A DNA stretch of 45,083 bases from an uncultured delta proteobacterium (GTDB lineage: Bacteria; Myxococcota_A; Polyangia; Polyangiales; B10-G4). Each line of letters starts with the position of its first letter. Within the stretch, counting starts at the first letter, position 1. Of this stretch, positions 31,393 to 43,677 are shown piece after piece. The notes under the pieces are model-generated. The model was not told the DNA's origin. It searched no databases and saw only the letters and a program-made list of their open reading frames with translations. A program made the position numbers and the translations under genes. The stretch is taken from contig CAVSGI010000024.1 in the NCBI GenBank assembly GCA_963727445.1, positions 1-45,083 of the forward strand, read 5' to 3'.

Positions 31393-33069
31393 ATGGAAGA
31401 CATCGCCAAGAAGCTCCCTCAGATCGCGGCCAGCGGGCTCATCATCCTCCTCGCGGTGGTCTTCGCGCTCCAGTTCGGCGGCCCCCAGGCACAGGGCTGT
31501 GGCTCCGGGGGCGGCACCTATGCCGCGAAGGTCCACGGCTACGTCATCACCGAGGGCGACTTCCGCGCCAACTACGTCCTCGCCGGCTTCGATCGCTACC
31601 CGACCGAGGTCGCCCAGCAGCAGAACTTCCGCGAGCTGATCCTCGACGGCCTGATCGAGCGCGAGCTGCTCGCGCGCGCCGCGGAGGAGATCGGCTTCAA
31701 GACGAACGAGGACGACGTCATGCGCAAGCTGGCGCGCGACTCGTCGGTATACCTCTCCCTCGGCGTGGACGCGCCGCCGAACATGCCCAGCGGCGAGATC
31801 ATGGTCCCGGTTCGTAATCAGGACGACGAGTTCGACATCGAAGCGGCGAAGCGCTTCATCCAGTTCGGCCTGCGTCGCAGCGTGACCGAGTTCGGCGAGG
31901 CGCAGATCCGGGAGACGCTCGCGCAGCACATGCGCGAGCTCGTGACCTCGACTGTGACCGTGAGCGATCAGGAGGTCTGGGACACCTTCCGCCGCGAGCG
32001 CGACACGGCGACGCTTCAGTACTTCCGCTTCACGCCCAGTTATTTCGGCGAGTCGCTGGCGCCGACGCCCGAGGATCTCGACGCGTGGATCGCCGATAAT
32101 CAGGAAGCCGTCGATCGCGAGTACCAGGCCAACCGCCACCGCTACACCGGCCTCGAGAAGCAGGTCCGGGCGGAGCACATCCTGGTGCGCGTCGACAGCG
32201 ACGCGAGCGACGAGGTGAAGGAAGCGGCCCGCGCCAAGGCCACCGCGCTCCTGGCCCGCGCCCGCGCCGGCGAGGACTTCGAGACCCTCGCGCGCGAGAA
32301 CAGCGACGACACCTCCAGCGCCGTGCGGGGCGGGGACCTCGGCTACAACCCTCGGGGCCGGATGGTCTCCGAGTTCGACGAGGCCATGTTCTCCATGGAG
32401 CCCGGGCAGATCTCGGACCTGGTGGAGACCCAGTTCGGCTTCCACATCATCAAGGTCACCGGGATCCGCGAGGGCGACGTCCCCGAGGACGAGGCGAAGC
32501 GAGAGCTCGCCGACCGCCTCTACCGCGAGGCCCGTGCCTCGGAGCGCGCCGAAGAGGAGGCCAACCGGATCCTCGCCGAGGTGCGTGGCGGCAAGTCCTT
32601 CGAGGACGTGGACGCCGAGCTCCTCGCCGCGCAGACCGGAGAGACGCCCCCCGCCGAGGGCGAGGGTGAAGAGGGGGAGGGCGAAGAGGAGCCCGAGCGC
32701 GACACCCGCGCCCCGCAGCTTCAGGAGACCCGTCCCTTCGGCCGGGCCGACTCCCCCATCACCGGCATCTCCGACAACGGTCCCATCGTGCGCGCTGCCT
32801 TCGAGCTCACCGCCGAGGATCGCATCGCCGACTCGGTGATCGAAGCGGGGGGCGAGTACTTCGTGATCCGCCTCTCGGAGCGGAACATCGTCCGCGAGGA
32901 GGACATGGAGCCCGAGGTCGCCGAGCGCATGCGCAACGGCCTCATCGCCGCCAAGCAGCGCGAGGTTCTCGAGCTCTACCTCCGCCAGCTCCGCTCCGAC
33001 GCCGAGGCCGAGGGCGCCATCGTCATCAGCCCGGACATCCTGAGCTACGACCGCCCGGACGAAGTTTGA
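31393..33069 (+). CDS. SurA/PpiD-type peptidyl-prolyl isomerase
   Basis: N-terminal TM, SurA_N-like region, parvulin VRAEHILV...FETLARENSDD..SAVRGGDLG...ETQFGFHII. Confidence 0.93.
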   Translation: MEDIAKKLPQIAASGLIILLAVVFALQFGGPQAQGCGSGGGTYAAKVHGYVITEGDFRANYVLAGFDRYPTEVAQQQNFRELILDGLIERELLARAAEEIGFKTNEDDVMRKLARDSSVYLSLGVDAPPNMPSGEIMVPVRNQDDEFDIEAAKRFIQFGLRRSVTEFGEAQIRETLAQHMRELVTSTVTVSDQEVWDTFRRERDTATLQYFRFTPSYFGESLAPTPEDLDAWIADNQEAVDREYQANRHRYTGLEKQVRAEHILVRVDSDASDEVKEAARAKATALLARARAGEDFETLARENSDDTSSAVRGGDLGYNPRGRMVSEFDEAMFSMEPGQISDLVETQFGFHIIKVTGIREGDVPEDEAKRELADRLYREARASERAEEEANRILAEVRGGKSFEDVDAELLAAQTGETPPAEGEGEEGEGEEEPERDTRAPQLQETRPFGRADSPITGISDNGPIVRAAFELTAEDRIADSVIEAGGEYFVIRLSERNIVREEDMEPEVAERMRNGLIAAKQREVLELYLRQLRSDAEAEGAIVISPDILSYDRPDEV

Positions 33070-33176
33070 TCGTGCCAGGTAGTGAGGGCGTGCGCAGCCG
33101 TCGCTTCGCTCGGCCGCTTGCGGGGTTGCCGAGGCTGGGGGCCGGCAAGGTCTAATCGTGCTCAGGGGCTGCGCCC

Positions 33177-34467
33177 CTAAGTGTTGACCAACGCCCCGAG
33201 CGAGATGATCGCGTTGTGCGCGAGGTGGGCGACGATGGTGATCGTCGTCGAGCCGGTCCACCAGCGCAGACCGGTCAGGCCGATGCTCGTGAAGAGGATG
33301 GCGGAGAAGGCGCCCCAATCGCCCCACGACTGAGGAAGGTGCGCGAGGGCGAAGAGGATGACGGTGACGCTGAAGGCGACCGAGGCGCCAGCGCGCCGCT
33401 CGAGGGTGCCGAAGACCAGCCCGCGAAAGAAGAGCTCTTCGGCGACGGGGACGACCACCGAGATGAGCGCCAGGGTCAGCGCTCCACTGGAGAAGGAGAC
33501 GAGGGCGCTGATCGCCGCCTCGCCGGTGGCGGGGATGAGGGCCGAGAGGATTCCGACCGACCACGAAGAGGAGGATGCCGGCGATGGGAGCGACGGCGAC
33601 CGTCCAGAGGCGGCGAGGGGGCAACAGACCCAGGAGCTGGGCGCGTGACCAATGCGCGAGGGGTGGCACGAGGACGAAGGCGAGCGCCACCTCGGAGCCG
33701 GCGATGACGAGACCGCGGAAATAGGCGGCGACGCCGCCTCCCCACGGCACGAAGGCGAGCACCAGCAAGACGCCGATCAAAGCGAGGACGCCGCCGACCG
33801 CGCGCCAGGGGGACGGCGGTGCGCCGTCCTTGCGGTCGGGGGCCGCGCGCGACAGGCCGAGGGCGAGCGCGAAGGCGCCACCCAGAACGAAGAGGACGAA
33901 CCATGGGTCGTCGCCGCCGAGGGGAGGATTTCCGCTGATGCGAGCGACGACGTCGGTCTCGCGCGCGACGTCGGGAAGCTCGCCATTCGGCGCGTCGGGC
34001 CACACGGCCTCGATCGCGAAGGTTCCGCCCTGCCGAATCGCGTGACCCGAGCCGAGGCGAACGCATGATCCCCAGGATGCGACTTCGAGGTTCTGCAGAA
34101 GCTCCTCGTCGATGGGCGCCTGGATCAAGACCTCCTGCGCCTCGGGGTTCCACACCATGAGCTGGACGCTGGACCAGCGTTCGTCGAGGACGGTCTCGGC
34201 GCAGAACGCGAAGGCGACGTCGTAGCCCGCGGGAACCTCCGCGCGCACGAGCGGGGCGTGGGGCTCGCCGTTCGTCGGGGCGAGCGGCGCCGCCTCGGAG
34301 CTCACGTCGATCTCGCCGTCGTAGAGCGCGACGACGCGGAGCCCTCCGAGGACCAGACCGCCGAGGACGGACAGGACGCCGAGGACGATCAGCGCGATCC
34401 GCGCCCGGGCCAAGAGCCCCTGCCGATCGCGGAAATCCGTGTCGGGCTCGTGCTCCTCCCCTTCCAC
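33177..34467 (-). CDS. CPBP (CAAX/Abi) intramembrane metalloprotease with N-terminal extension (frameshift ~33550)
   Basis: PVAEELFFRG, LFALAH, AHLAHN motifs. Confidence 0.85.
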
Positions 34468-34485
34468 GCCGGGGATGGTAACGCC

Positions 34486-35160
34486 TCAGCCCTCTTCGAG
34501 GTTCACCCAGTGCGCTTCGCCGCCCGGCCCCCACTCTTTCTTCCAGATGGGCACCGTCTCCTTGATGCGATCGATCGCGAGGCGACACGCGTCGAAGGCC
34601 TCGGCTCGGTGGGGCGCGCTCGCGGCGATCACCACCGCGAGATCGCCGACCACGAGCTGTCCCACCCGGTGGGTGGCTGCCAGGCGAACGCCCGGGATTT
34701 CAGCGGCAATTCCGTCGAGTACACGCCGCATTTCCTTGGTCGCCATCTCGGGATGCGCCTCGTAATCGAGGCGGGCGACGGGCTTGCCGTCGGCGTGATC
34801 ACGAACGATGCCGGTGAACAGCGCGACACCACCCGCCCCCTCGTGGCGCACCGCATCGAGGCACTCGTCGAGGGAGAGCGGCCCGTCGCGTACGTCGACG
34901 AGAACGACCGCCGTCCCCCCTGCCACCGGCGGCAGAATGTCCGCCACATCTCCATGAGAAAGGGGCGTTTTTGCATCCGCGAAATCGCCGTTCACCGCGA
35001 CGCGCATCCGGCTGACGTGCGCCGAGAGTGGCGGGTGTCGCTCGGCGAGGAGTGTGAGCAGATCGCCCGCGCACAACGTCGCATGGTGGGCGCTGATCTC
35101 CTCCTCATCACACCCCGCGAGCTCGCGGGCGGCAGCAAAGTAGCGAACACGAATCTGCAT
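34486..35160 (-). CDS. MoaD-MoaE fusion (molybdopterin synthase, MoaX-like)
   Basis: IRVRYFAAARE...VAVN...LPPVAGG directly followed by F.G.VR...L.YEA...HR.G.L..G...HR..AF...IK..VPIWKKE. Confidence 0.92.
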   Translation of the reverse strand: MQIRVRYFAAARELAGCDEEEISAHHATLCAGDLLTLLAERHPPLSAHVSRMRVAVNGDFADAKTPLSHGDVADILPPVAGGTAVVLVDVRDGPLSLDECLDAVRHEGAGGVALFTGIVRDHADGKPVARLDYEAHPEMATKEMRRVLDGIAAEIPGVRLAATHRVGQLVVGDLAVVIAASAPHRAEAFDACRLAIDRIKETVPIWKKEWGPGGEAHWVNLEEG

Positions 35161-35241
35161 GGTGCACGTCCAGGGTGTTTGCGCTCCGAGTCTACGACGC
35201 TTGACCCCGATCCGTGCGGAGCTTAGCGTTTCCACAGCATC

Positions 35242-36057
35242 GTGGCGAAGAAGCAAGAACGATTCGTGACGGAAGAGGACCGCCAAGGCACGCGCCGAGG
35301 CGCGCGACGCACGCCGCGTGAGGATCGCGCTTCGGCGCAGATCCCTCTTCTCTTCCGTGGTGATCACGAGACGCTCGAAGAAGCGGCGCGTCGCGCTCTC
35401 GAGCGACGGCTCGGCGGTCTCCTCGAAGAACCGGTGACCCTCACCATCACCGACAACCGGCACACGATGATCTCTTCACGCCGTCGCGGACGCGTCACGC
35501 ACGTGCGCCTTCACCACATGTTCCTCGACGCCGACGACGTCACGGTGCGTTCACTCGCGCGCTACCTCACGCGCGGAGACAGTCGCGCCTCCGCGCGCCT
35601 CGACGCGTTCATCGAGGACAACGCGCATCTGATCCGCAAGGAGCGCGCGCGCGCCGCGCGCGTGCGCACACGTGGTCGCTATCACGATCTCGGTGACATC
35701 TTCGAAGAGCTGAACGAGCTCTGGTTCGATGCGCGCATCATCGACGTGCAGGTCACCTGGGGTCGTCGTCCGCCGAGCAACCTCCGGCGTCGTCGCTCGG
35801 TTCGCCTCGGCACCTACGTTCAGGACGACCGCCTGATCCGCATCCACCCGGTGCTCGATCAGGAGTGGGTGCCGCGCTTCTTCGTCGCCTACGTGCTCTA
35901 TCACGAGATGCTTCACCACGTCGTTCCGGCGCCGCTGATCAACGGTAAGAAGCACTTTCACTCGCCCGAGTTTCGTCGCCTGGAGCGGGACTATCCCGAC
36001 TACGACCGCGCGATCGCGTGGGAGAAGACGAACCTGCGCCGGCTGCTCAGCAGCTGA
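35242..36057 (+). CDS. SprT/YgjP-like zinc metallopeptidase
   Basis: IRIHPVLD...VP....YVLYHEMLH...HSPEFR..E. Confidence 0.85.
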   Translation: MAKKQERFVTEEDRQGTRRGARRTPREDRASAQIPLLFRGDHETLEEAARRALERRLGGLLEEPVTLTITDNRHTMISSRRRGRVTHVRLHHMFLDADDVTVRSLARYLTRGDSRASARLDAFIEDNAHLIRKERARAARVRTRGRYHDLGDIFEELNELWFDARIIDVQVTWGRRPPSNLRRRRSVRLGTYVQDDRLIRIHPVLDQEWVPRFFVAYVLYHEMLHHVVPAPLINGKKHFHSPEFRRLERDYPDYDRAIAWEKTNLRRLLSS

Positions 36058-36131
36058 GTCGCCGCGTCGAATTGGGTCGCGGCCGGCAGCGGCAGCCCGC
36101 GGGCCCGAAACGCACTCGCCGAATGAGTCGT

Positions 36132-38006
36132 CTACTCTTCGACGCGGGTGACGACGCGGGCGAGGTTTCCATCGCCGGTGATGTTCACGCGAATGCGCTG
36201 ATCGGGGGGCTGGCCGAAGGGGCGGAGGCGCAGCGTGTGGGTGCCGACCGGTAGCGTCACGCGGAGCGGCGTCTGGCCCAGGGGACGGCCGTTCGAATCG
36301 TAGACGTTCGCCCAGCCGCCGGGCGTCGAGATGAACGCCACGCCGGTAGAGGACTCCTGTGCGGCAGCCTCCATCGTCGCGGGCTCCATGGTCTGGACCG
36401 GATCCATCCGCGGACGGCGCATCCCCCGGCCGCCGGTCGCGGGCCGACGCATGTCGACGGTCGGCGTCTCTGCGCCGGCGTCGACCTCCTCTTCGTCCCC
36501 TTCCTCGCCGGCGTCCGGCGCGGTGGGATCGTTGTCCAGCATCGTCGGCGAAACGGGGGTCGGGTCTTCGACGGTCGCGGTCTCGGGCGGCGTGTTGCTG
36601 GCGGTCGTCGGCACGGGTTGGTCGGTGAGCGCGGCCCACGCGACGGTGCCGGCGATGCCCACCAGGATCAACACCGAGAGCGCCCCCAGCGCCGCGTAGA
36701 GCATCGGCCGCCCGCCACCCTGTGCCTGGTAGGGGCCGGTCTGCGCAGCATGGGGACCCGTCATGTGGGGTGGCGCGTAGGTGGGCACACCGCCCGCGCC
36801 CACGATCGGCGTCCCTCCCGGAGCCACCCCGGGCTGAGCGCCATAGGGCATCGGCGTCTCGGAGGGATAGACGGGGTCGGTCGCGGGCGGCGGCAAACGG
36901 TCGGGGTCGACCGGCTGCACCTCCGACTCGCTCACCTCCATGTGCGTCACGACGGTGGCGTCGAGCTCGCCGCGCTGGGCGGCGTCCATGATGTCGTACT
37001 TGCGCTGGCGGCCGTCTGGGAAGATGGCGTCCATCCAGTCGGCGAGCTCCGCTGCATCGGCGGGGTGCCCGGTGGAGCCCGAGAAGCGGGCGAGGTCGCG
37101 CGCGAGCTCGCGGGCCGTGGAGTAGCGTTGGTCGGGATCGCGAGCGAGAGCCTTGAGGACGATGTTGTCGAGATCGGGGTGAATCCCGGGCCGATAGGTG
37201 CTGGGCGGCGGGATGGGATCGTTGAGCATCGCGGTGAGGGTCTCGACCGTGGTCTCGCGCCGGAAGAGGCGCCTCAGGGTGAGCATCTCCCACATCACGA
37301 CGCCGAGGGCCCAGACGTCGGCGCGACGATCGATGTTGCCGCCGCGCGACTGCTCGGGCGCCATGTAGCTGAACTTGCCCTTCACCTGGCCGGCGGAGGT
37401 GTGATGGACGCGATCGGAGGCGCTCGCGATCCCGAAGTCCACCACCTTCACGTTGCCGTCGTAGGTGACGAAGAGGTTCTGTGGCGAGACGTCGCGGTGG
37501 ACCACGTTGAGCTGGTTTCCGTCGCGTCCGCGGAGCTCGTGGGCGGCGTGCAGACCCTCTGCGGCGTCCGCGATGATCTTGCACGCGAGGATCGGCAGGC
37601 GCGGGGAGTCGAGGGTCTCGAAGTTCTTGCGGACGGTCTTCATCGCACGCGAGAGGGGCTCGCCGATGAGGTACTCCATCGCTATGAAATAGGTGCCGTC
37701 CGACTCGCCGAAGTCGAAGACCTGACAGACGTTCGCGTGGTGGATACGGGAGGCGATGCGGGCTTCGTCGAGGAACATGTCGACGAAGTCGGTCTCCTCG
37801 GCGAGGTGCGGGTGGATCCGCTTGAGGGCGTTGACCTTTTCGAAGCCGCCCGGCCCCTTCACCGTGGCGAGGAACACCGTCGCCATCCCACCCGACGCGA
37901 TCTGCGACGCCAGGTAATAGCGGCCGAGCTTCGTCCCCACCGCCGCGGCCGCTGCAGCCTTGGCGTTGTGAGGGGTCGCGTTACCGCTGTACGACTGCTT
38001 GCTCAT
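36132..38006 (-). CDS. Ser/Thr protein kinase with TM and PEGA-like domain
   Basis: IASGGMA, HRDVSPQN, DFG, KGKFSYMAPEQ; LGQTPL...LPVGTHTL. Confidence 0.95.
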   Translation of the reverse strand: MSKQSYSGNATPHNAKAAAAAAVGTKLGRYYLASQIASGGMATVFLATVKGPGGFEKVNALKRIHPHLAEETDFVDMFLDEARIASRIHHANVCQVFDFGESDGTYFIAMEYLIGEPLSRAMKTVRKNFETLDSPRLPILACKIIADAAEGLHAAHELRGRDGNQLNVVHRDVSPQNLFVTYDGNVKVVDFGIASASDRVHHTSAGQVKGKFSYMAPEQSRGGNIDRRADVWALGVVMWEMLTLRRLFRRETTVETLTAMLNDPIPPPSTYRPGIHPDLDNIVLKALARDPDQRYSTARELARDLARFSGSTGHPADAAELADWMDAIFPDGRQRKYDIMDAAQRGELDATVVTHMEVSESEVQPVDPDRLPPPATDPVYPSETPMPYGAQPGVAPGGTPIVGAGGVPTYAPPHMTGPHAAQTGPYQAQGGGRPMLYAALGALSVLILVGIAGTVAWAALTDQPVPTTASNTPPETATVEDPTPVSPTMLDNDPTAPDAGEEGDEEEVDAGAETPTVDMRRPATGGRGMRRPRMDPVQTMEPATMEAAAQESSTGVAFISTPGGWANVYDSNGRPLGQTPLRVTLPVGTHTLRLRPFGQPPDQRIRVNITGDGNLARVVTRVEE

Positions 38007-38010
38007 TTCG

Positions 38011-38862
38011 TCAGGGTTGAACCACGGGGGGCATCAGGGCCGTGTTGTTGCTCCCGCCGGCGACCAGGAGCGCGATGAGCACGGCCGCACCCGCAGCCAA
38101 GAGGACACCGCCGCCCACGATGAACGGCCAGGCGGGGACGCCCCCTCCTTCCGGTTCCGGACGGGGCGCGATGATCTCGTTGCCGTTGCCGTTGCCTCCG
38201 CCGCCGGCGGTCGTCCCGAAGTCACGCTCGGCCAGCTCGGCCACGGTACCGATGACGGGATCGTCCGGGGTACCGTCGGAGGCCAGCACCGCACCGCCCG
38301 GGCCGATGGCCTCGGCGTAGATCTCGAGGGTCTGGTCCGAGGTCGTGGGCATCTCGAGCACGGAGTTGCTGCGCTGGGTCCATGCGTTGCCCGGGGCGCG
38401 TGCGCCGAGGCGCACCTCCTGAACGATCCCGCTGGTATCGTTGGTCACGCGGGCCTCGAGGCGCACGCCGCCGGCGTGGCTCTGCGCTTCCGCCTGCACG
38501 CGAATCCGCCCCGTCGTGCGCTCCTTGGCGCGGTCGAAGGCCTCGCGCACCACCGGGGGCACCGAGCGGCCGAACTCGTAGTTGGGCTCGAGTGAGGCGA
38601 GACGCATCAAATCGGTCTCGAGATTCTCCTCGTCGCCGAGGGTGTGATGGACCAGCGCGCGCTGGACGTAGAGCTGAATGACGTCGTCCCGGGTGAGGTC
38701 GCCCGCTTGCTCAGCGCGCTGGAACGCCTCGAGCGCCCCCTCGAAGTCAGCCTCGTCGAAGCGAGCCTGCGCTTCCTCGAGAATGGGATGCGCGAAAGCC
38801 GTCGTGGCAGTTGCCGCGAGCAGGACAGCCGCCAGCGTGAGCGCAAGCGAAAAACGAGCCAT
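38011..38862 (-). CDS. Secreted TPR-like protein with C-terminal anchor
   Basis: Signal peptide, EADFEGALEAF helix repeat, SVPP.V...F, WPFIVGGGV anchor. Confidence 0.7.
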   Translation of the reverse strand: MARFSLALTLAAVLLAATATTAFAHPILEEAQARFDEADFEGALEAFQRAEQAGDLTRDDVIQLYVQRALVHHTLGDEENLETDLMRLASLEPNYEFGRSVPPVVREAFDRAKERTTGRIRVQAEAQSHAGGVRLEARVTNDTSGIVQEVRLGARAPGNAWTQRSNSVLEMPTTSDQTLEIYAEAIGPGGAVLASDGTPDDPVIGTVAELAERDFGTTAGGGGNGNGNEIIAPRPEPEGGGVPAWPFIVGGGVLLAAGAAVLIALLVAGGSNNTALMPPVVQP

Positions 38863-39048
38863 GAGCCGGAGGAAGTATGCCATTTTGGAGGGTTTGGAAC
38901 CACTCAACTGCACTTCTGACCCCGCCGGCACCCATTTCGTTGGGCACGGGATATCGACGAAATCCGGCGGGATCCGGCCCGATTGGTTGCGATGTGGGGG
39001 TCCTTCGCCGATCATGATGGGGAGGCTGGAAAAGGAGTGACAGTCAGC

Positions 39049-39477
39049 ATGTCGAGATGGAACTGGATCGCCCTCTTGGCCCTCTTCTTCGGCTGCAGCA
39101 ATTCGAGCGAGACCTCCGGCAGCGAGTCGGCGCAGACGAGCGCGGAGCAGAACGCCAGCAGCGAAGCGGCCGAGACGGCACGAGAGACGACGGCACCTGC
39201 CGCCGAAGAGGCGGAGGACGGCGCGCGCGACCTCGCCGGCATCCGTGCCCTCGTGAACGACGATGGCACGATCACGCTGTCAGGTGCGGATCGCTGGGGT
39301 AACCCCATCGACGCGACCTACGCCGACACCCAATATCTGGAGAATGCGGTGCCTGTGCTCACCCGCAGCATCACCGAGGAGCAGGCGACAGCGCTCGCCG
39401 GCCTGGTGGAAGAGCTGAAGGGCGAGGGGGGAGAGGCACCGATTCCCGAGGCCGCGGGAGGCGACGGAGAAGAGTGA
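39049..39477 (+). CDS. Hypothetical lipoprotein
   Basis: MSRWNWIALLALFFGC lipobox, AAGGAG RBS. Confidence 0.75.
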   Translation: MSRWNWIALLALFFGCSNSSETSGSESAQTSAEQNASSEAAETARETTAPAAEEAEDGARDLAGIRALVNDDGTITLSGADRWGNPIDATYADTQYLENAVPVLTRSITEEQATALAGLVEELKGEGGEAPIPEAAGGDGEE

Positions 39478-40334
39478 AGCGCGTCGCCCTCTCGGCCGTG
39501 GTCGTGATCGTGTGCTGGTCCTCGTCGGTGCAGGCGCAGGATGTGCTCGAACGACTCTCACCGGACCTCGAGGTGTTTGGGATCACGAACCTGGAGCAGA
39601 AGGGCGTGGAGGCCTTCGAGCCAGGGCTCGGCGGCGCGATCCACATCGCTTTGAACCTGCTGCCGGGCTTCGGACTGCACGGCGGCGCGCAGCTCTTCGT
39701 GCTCACCCCGGGGCGGCTCCAGGAGGCGTATTACATCGGCAGCCAGCTGGGCTTTCGGTGGCACTGGACGAAGCTGATCGGGATCTGGAGCGAGGGCTAC
39801 ATCGACGCGCACTGGATCTGGGGCATGAGCGAGCACCAGATCAGCGCCCATGGATTCGACGTCGGCATCGGCTGGGACTTCCCGGTGGCGCCGATCATCG
39901 GCTTCGGGCCCTTCGTGCGCTTCAGCTGGATGAAGGACCCGGGCGTGAGCAACCCGATGTTCCTGAGCTTCGGGCTCTCGGTCAGCTTGATGACCTTCAC
40001 GCGGACGGGTGAGACGGTTCCGGACGAGGACCTCGACGGCGTCCCCGACCACGAGGACATCTGCCCGGCCATCCCCATGGGCCGGCATCCCGATCCCGAC
40101 AACCACGGCTGCCCGGCGCGCGACCGCGACGAGGATGGTCTGGTGGATCCAGAGGACGCCTGCCCCTCCGAGTCCATGTGGCCGCATCCGAGCGAGGAGC
40201 AGCCAGGCTGTCCGAAGCCCGACGCCGACGGCGATGGAGTCCCCGACGAGTACGACGTCTGCCCCCACACCTTCGCCCCCGACGGCGGCGACCCGCTCCG
40301 CGAAGGTTGCATCGAAGGCGAAGACCCGTACTGA
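39474..40334 (+). CDS. Outer-membrane beta-barrel protein with TSP3 repeats
   Basis: Signal peptide, alternating aromatic beta strands, D.D.DGVPD..D.CP repeats. Confidence 0.8.
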   Translation: MKRVALSAVVVIVCWSSSVQAQDVLERLSPDLEVFGITNLEQKGVEAFEPGLGGAIHIALNLLPGFGLHGGAQLFVLTPGRLQEAYYIGSQLGFRWHWTKLIGIWSEGYIDAHWIWGMSEHQISAHGFDVGIGWDFPVAPIIGFGPFVRFSWMKDPGVSNPMFLSFGLSVSLMTFTRTGETVPDEDLDGVPDHEDICPAIPMGRHPDPDNHGCPARDRDEDGLVDPEDACPSESMWPHPSEEQPGCPKPDADGDGVPDEYDVCPHTFAPDGGDPLREGCIEGEDPY

Positions 40335-40379
40335 CGGGGGACCGACCCCACTTCTCACTTTCGTGGCCCGGCCCTGCGG

Positions 40380-41820
<1,441 letters not shown>

Positions 41821-41824
<4 letters not shown>

Positions 41825-42420
41825 CGGCGACCCCCCGCTTCTCGTCGCGCGAGCGCTGCTTCGACGTCCTTGCGCGCACGGCAGAGCAGGCTGCGTGCGG
41901 CGTTCGGGGACACGCCCAGGATCTCGGCGGCCTCCGACGGCTCCATGCCCTCCACGGCGCACAGCACGAAAGCCGAACGGCGGCGATCACCCAGCTCGGA
42001 GAGCACCTGATGCAAGCGCACCAGCGCGCGACGAGCGATGACCTGCTGCTCTACATCGGGCCCATCGGGGGGCGGCGGCTCGGACTCGGCCGGCCGCGGC
42101 TTGTGGTAGTAGCGATAGGAGGTGCGCAGGGCGATCCGGTGGGCGAGGGTCGCGATGCTCGAGCGCCCCTCGAAACGATGAAGCGCGCTGGCGATCTCGC
42201 TCAGGGCGTCCTGCGTCGCATCGTCCACGTCGGGCCGCGGACCGAGCTGGCGAAACATCCAGCGCCGCACCTCGGGGACCAGCTCGCGAAGGACCCGATC
42301 GATCACCGCGTCGTCACGCGAGCGCAGGCGGCTCGCGACCTCGTCCAGCATCGCGCGCTCGCGCGGCGAGCCGGCACGAGGCGAGAGGTGGACGAGAGAC
42401 GGTGCGGTGAGGGTCGACAT
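41821..42420 (-). CDS. ECF RNA polymerase sigma factor
   Basis: DVDDATQD...L.RFEGRSS..T...RIA; RRSAFVL..VEGM...EAAEILG...NAARS.L.RAR. Confidence 0.92.
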
Positions 42421-43523
42421 CAGTAGAAGCTGAAGATGGTGGAGAGCGTGGCGAAGACCTCGCCGGCGTGCATCGACGCCTCGAGGGTGGCGGCCGCGAC
42501 GTCCGCGCGGATGTAGAGGCGCGAGCTGCCCGAGAGCGCGAAGGAGGTTCCGACGTAGCCGCCCACGGAGAGGAGCCAGCCCATCTGATCGAAGGTGAAG
42601 GAGCTCGAGGGAGTACCGGGGACCGAGGGGAACGTTTCGATCACGCGCAGCTGAGCGAAGCCGCCGCAGCCGCGACCGCCGACGTGGAATGCGAGGCTCT
42701 GACCGGCGGGGATCGCTGCACCCGCTTCGAGGCAGGCACGGCCCAGGGGCTGGATCGCGCTGCCTGCGTTCGAGAGGCTGTCGAGCATCATGGCGGCGTC
42801 GATGAGCACGGCGCCTTCGAAGTAGCGCGCGCGCAGGCCCATCCCGCCGCGGATCATCCCGCCACCGATGAAGCGCCGGTCGTTGATCAGGCCGAAGCCG
42901 CCGGTGCCGATGCGCCCGGAGAACTGCGGCCACGGGCTCTCGGATTCTTCCGGATCCTCGTCGTCGTCCGGGGTGGCTTCGGGAGTGGAGGGTGGTGTGG
43001 TGTGGGCGAGCGAAGCAGGCGGCGCCGCGGCAGGAGCCGCAGGCGCAGGAACAGGTGGGGGCGGCGGCACCGGGCCCAGCGCGTCGCGCTCGTCGAGGAG
43101 ACTGACGAGGATCAGCGCGATGGTGCGCGCATCGGCTCGAGGTGCGAAGGGCGTGGCGCGGGCGTGGTCCGCGTCGACGGGGATCACACGAAGGGTCGCG
43201 CCTTCGACGCGGGCGGCGGCTCGGGCTCCCGATTCGATGGCGAGCGCCTGGGCGGCGGCGTCGCGGAGCAGGATGGTGGCGCCTTCGACAGGCTCCGCGG
43301 GGATGACTTGCTCGCCTGCGGGGGCCAGCTCCACCTGCAACGCCGCGGTCCACTCCGCGCGCACCTCCTCCGGAGCGAGGAGGATGATGGCGTCGCCCGT
43401 GGTGGCAGGCGGCTCGGGCGATGCAGCCGCCTCTTCTTCCGGCGCCTGCGCGAAAGCCGCCCCCGCCGAGAGGACGGCGAAGAGCAGAGAGGCAGAAGCG
43501 CCTCGCGTGAGCGCGCGGATCAT
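42420..43523 (-). CDS. Secreted hypothetical protein with C-terminal beta-barrel-like region
   Basis: Signal peptide, Pro-rich linker, amphipathic strands ending in FSFY; stop overlaps the sigma start. Confidence 0.7.
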   Translation of the reverse strand: MIRALTRGASASLLFAVLSAGAAFAQAPEEEAAASPEPPATTGDAIILLAPEEVRAEWTAALQVELAPAGEQVIPAEPVEGATILLRDAAAQALAIESGARAAARVEGATLRVIPVDADHARATPFAPRADARTIALILVSLLDERDALGPVPPPPPVPAPAAPAAAPPASLAHTTPPSTPEATPDDDEDPEESESPWPQFSGRIGTGGFGLINDRRFIGGGMIRGGMGLRARYFEGAVLIDAAMMLDSLSNAGSAIQPLGRACLEAGAAIPAGQSLAFHVGGRGCGGFAQLRVIETFPSVPGTPSSSFTFDQMGWLLSVGGYVGTSFALSGSSRLYIRADVAAATLEASMHAGEVFATLSTIFSFY

Positions 43524-43677
43524 CGACTCGACAGTGGGGTGAAGCTCCCCAAACGTTGCACGCGCGATGAAAAAAGACAGGCGGCTCGATTCAATTGCAA
43601 CGCTCGGCCCCCGAATCCCCACCAACCTCACAAACGCACGAAAAACGCCCGATTCTGGGCGGGGAGAACGGGGAGAC

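Noticed and set aside
31360..34467. 1035-aa minus-strand ORF and other long antisense ORFs (18516-21044, 35551-37584, 14825-16066)
   Set aside because: Shadow frames of real genes in GC-rich DNA; only 33550-34467 of this ORF is real (CPBP N-terminus).
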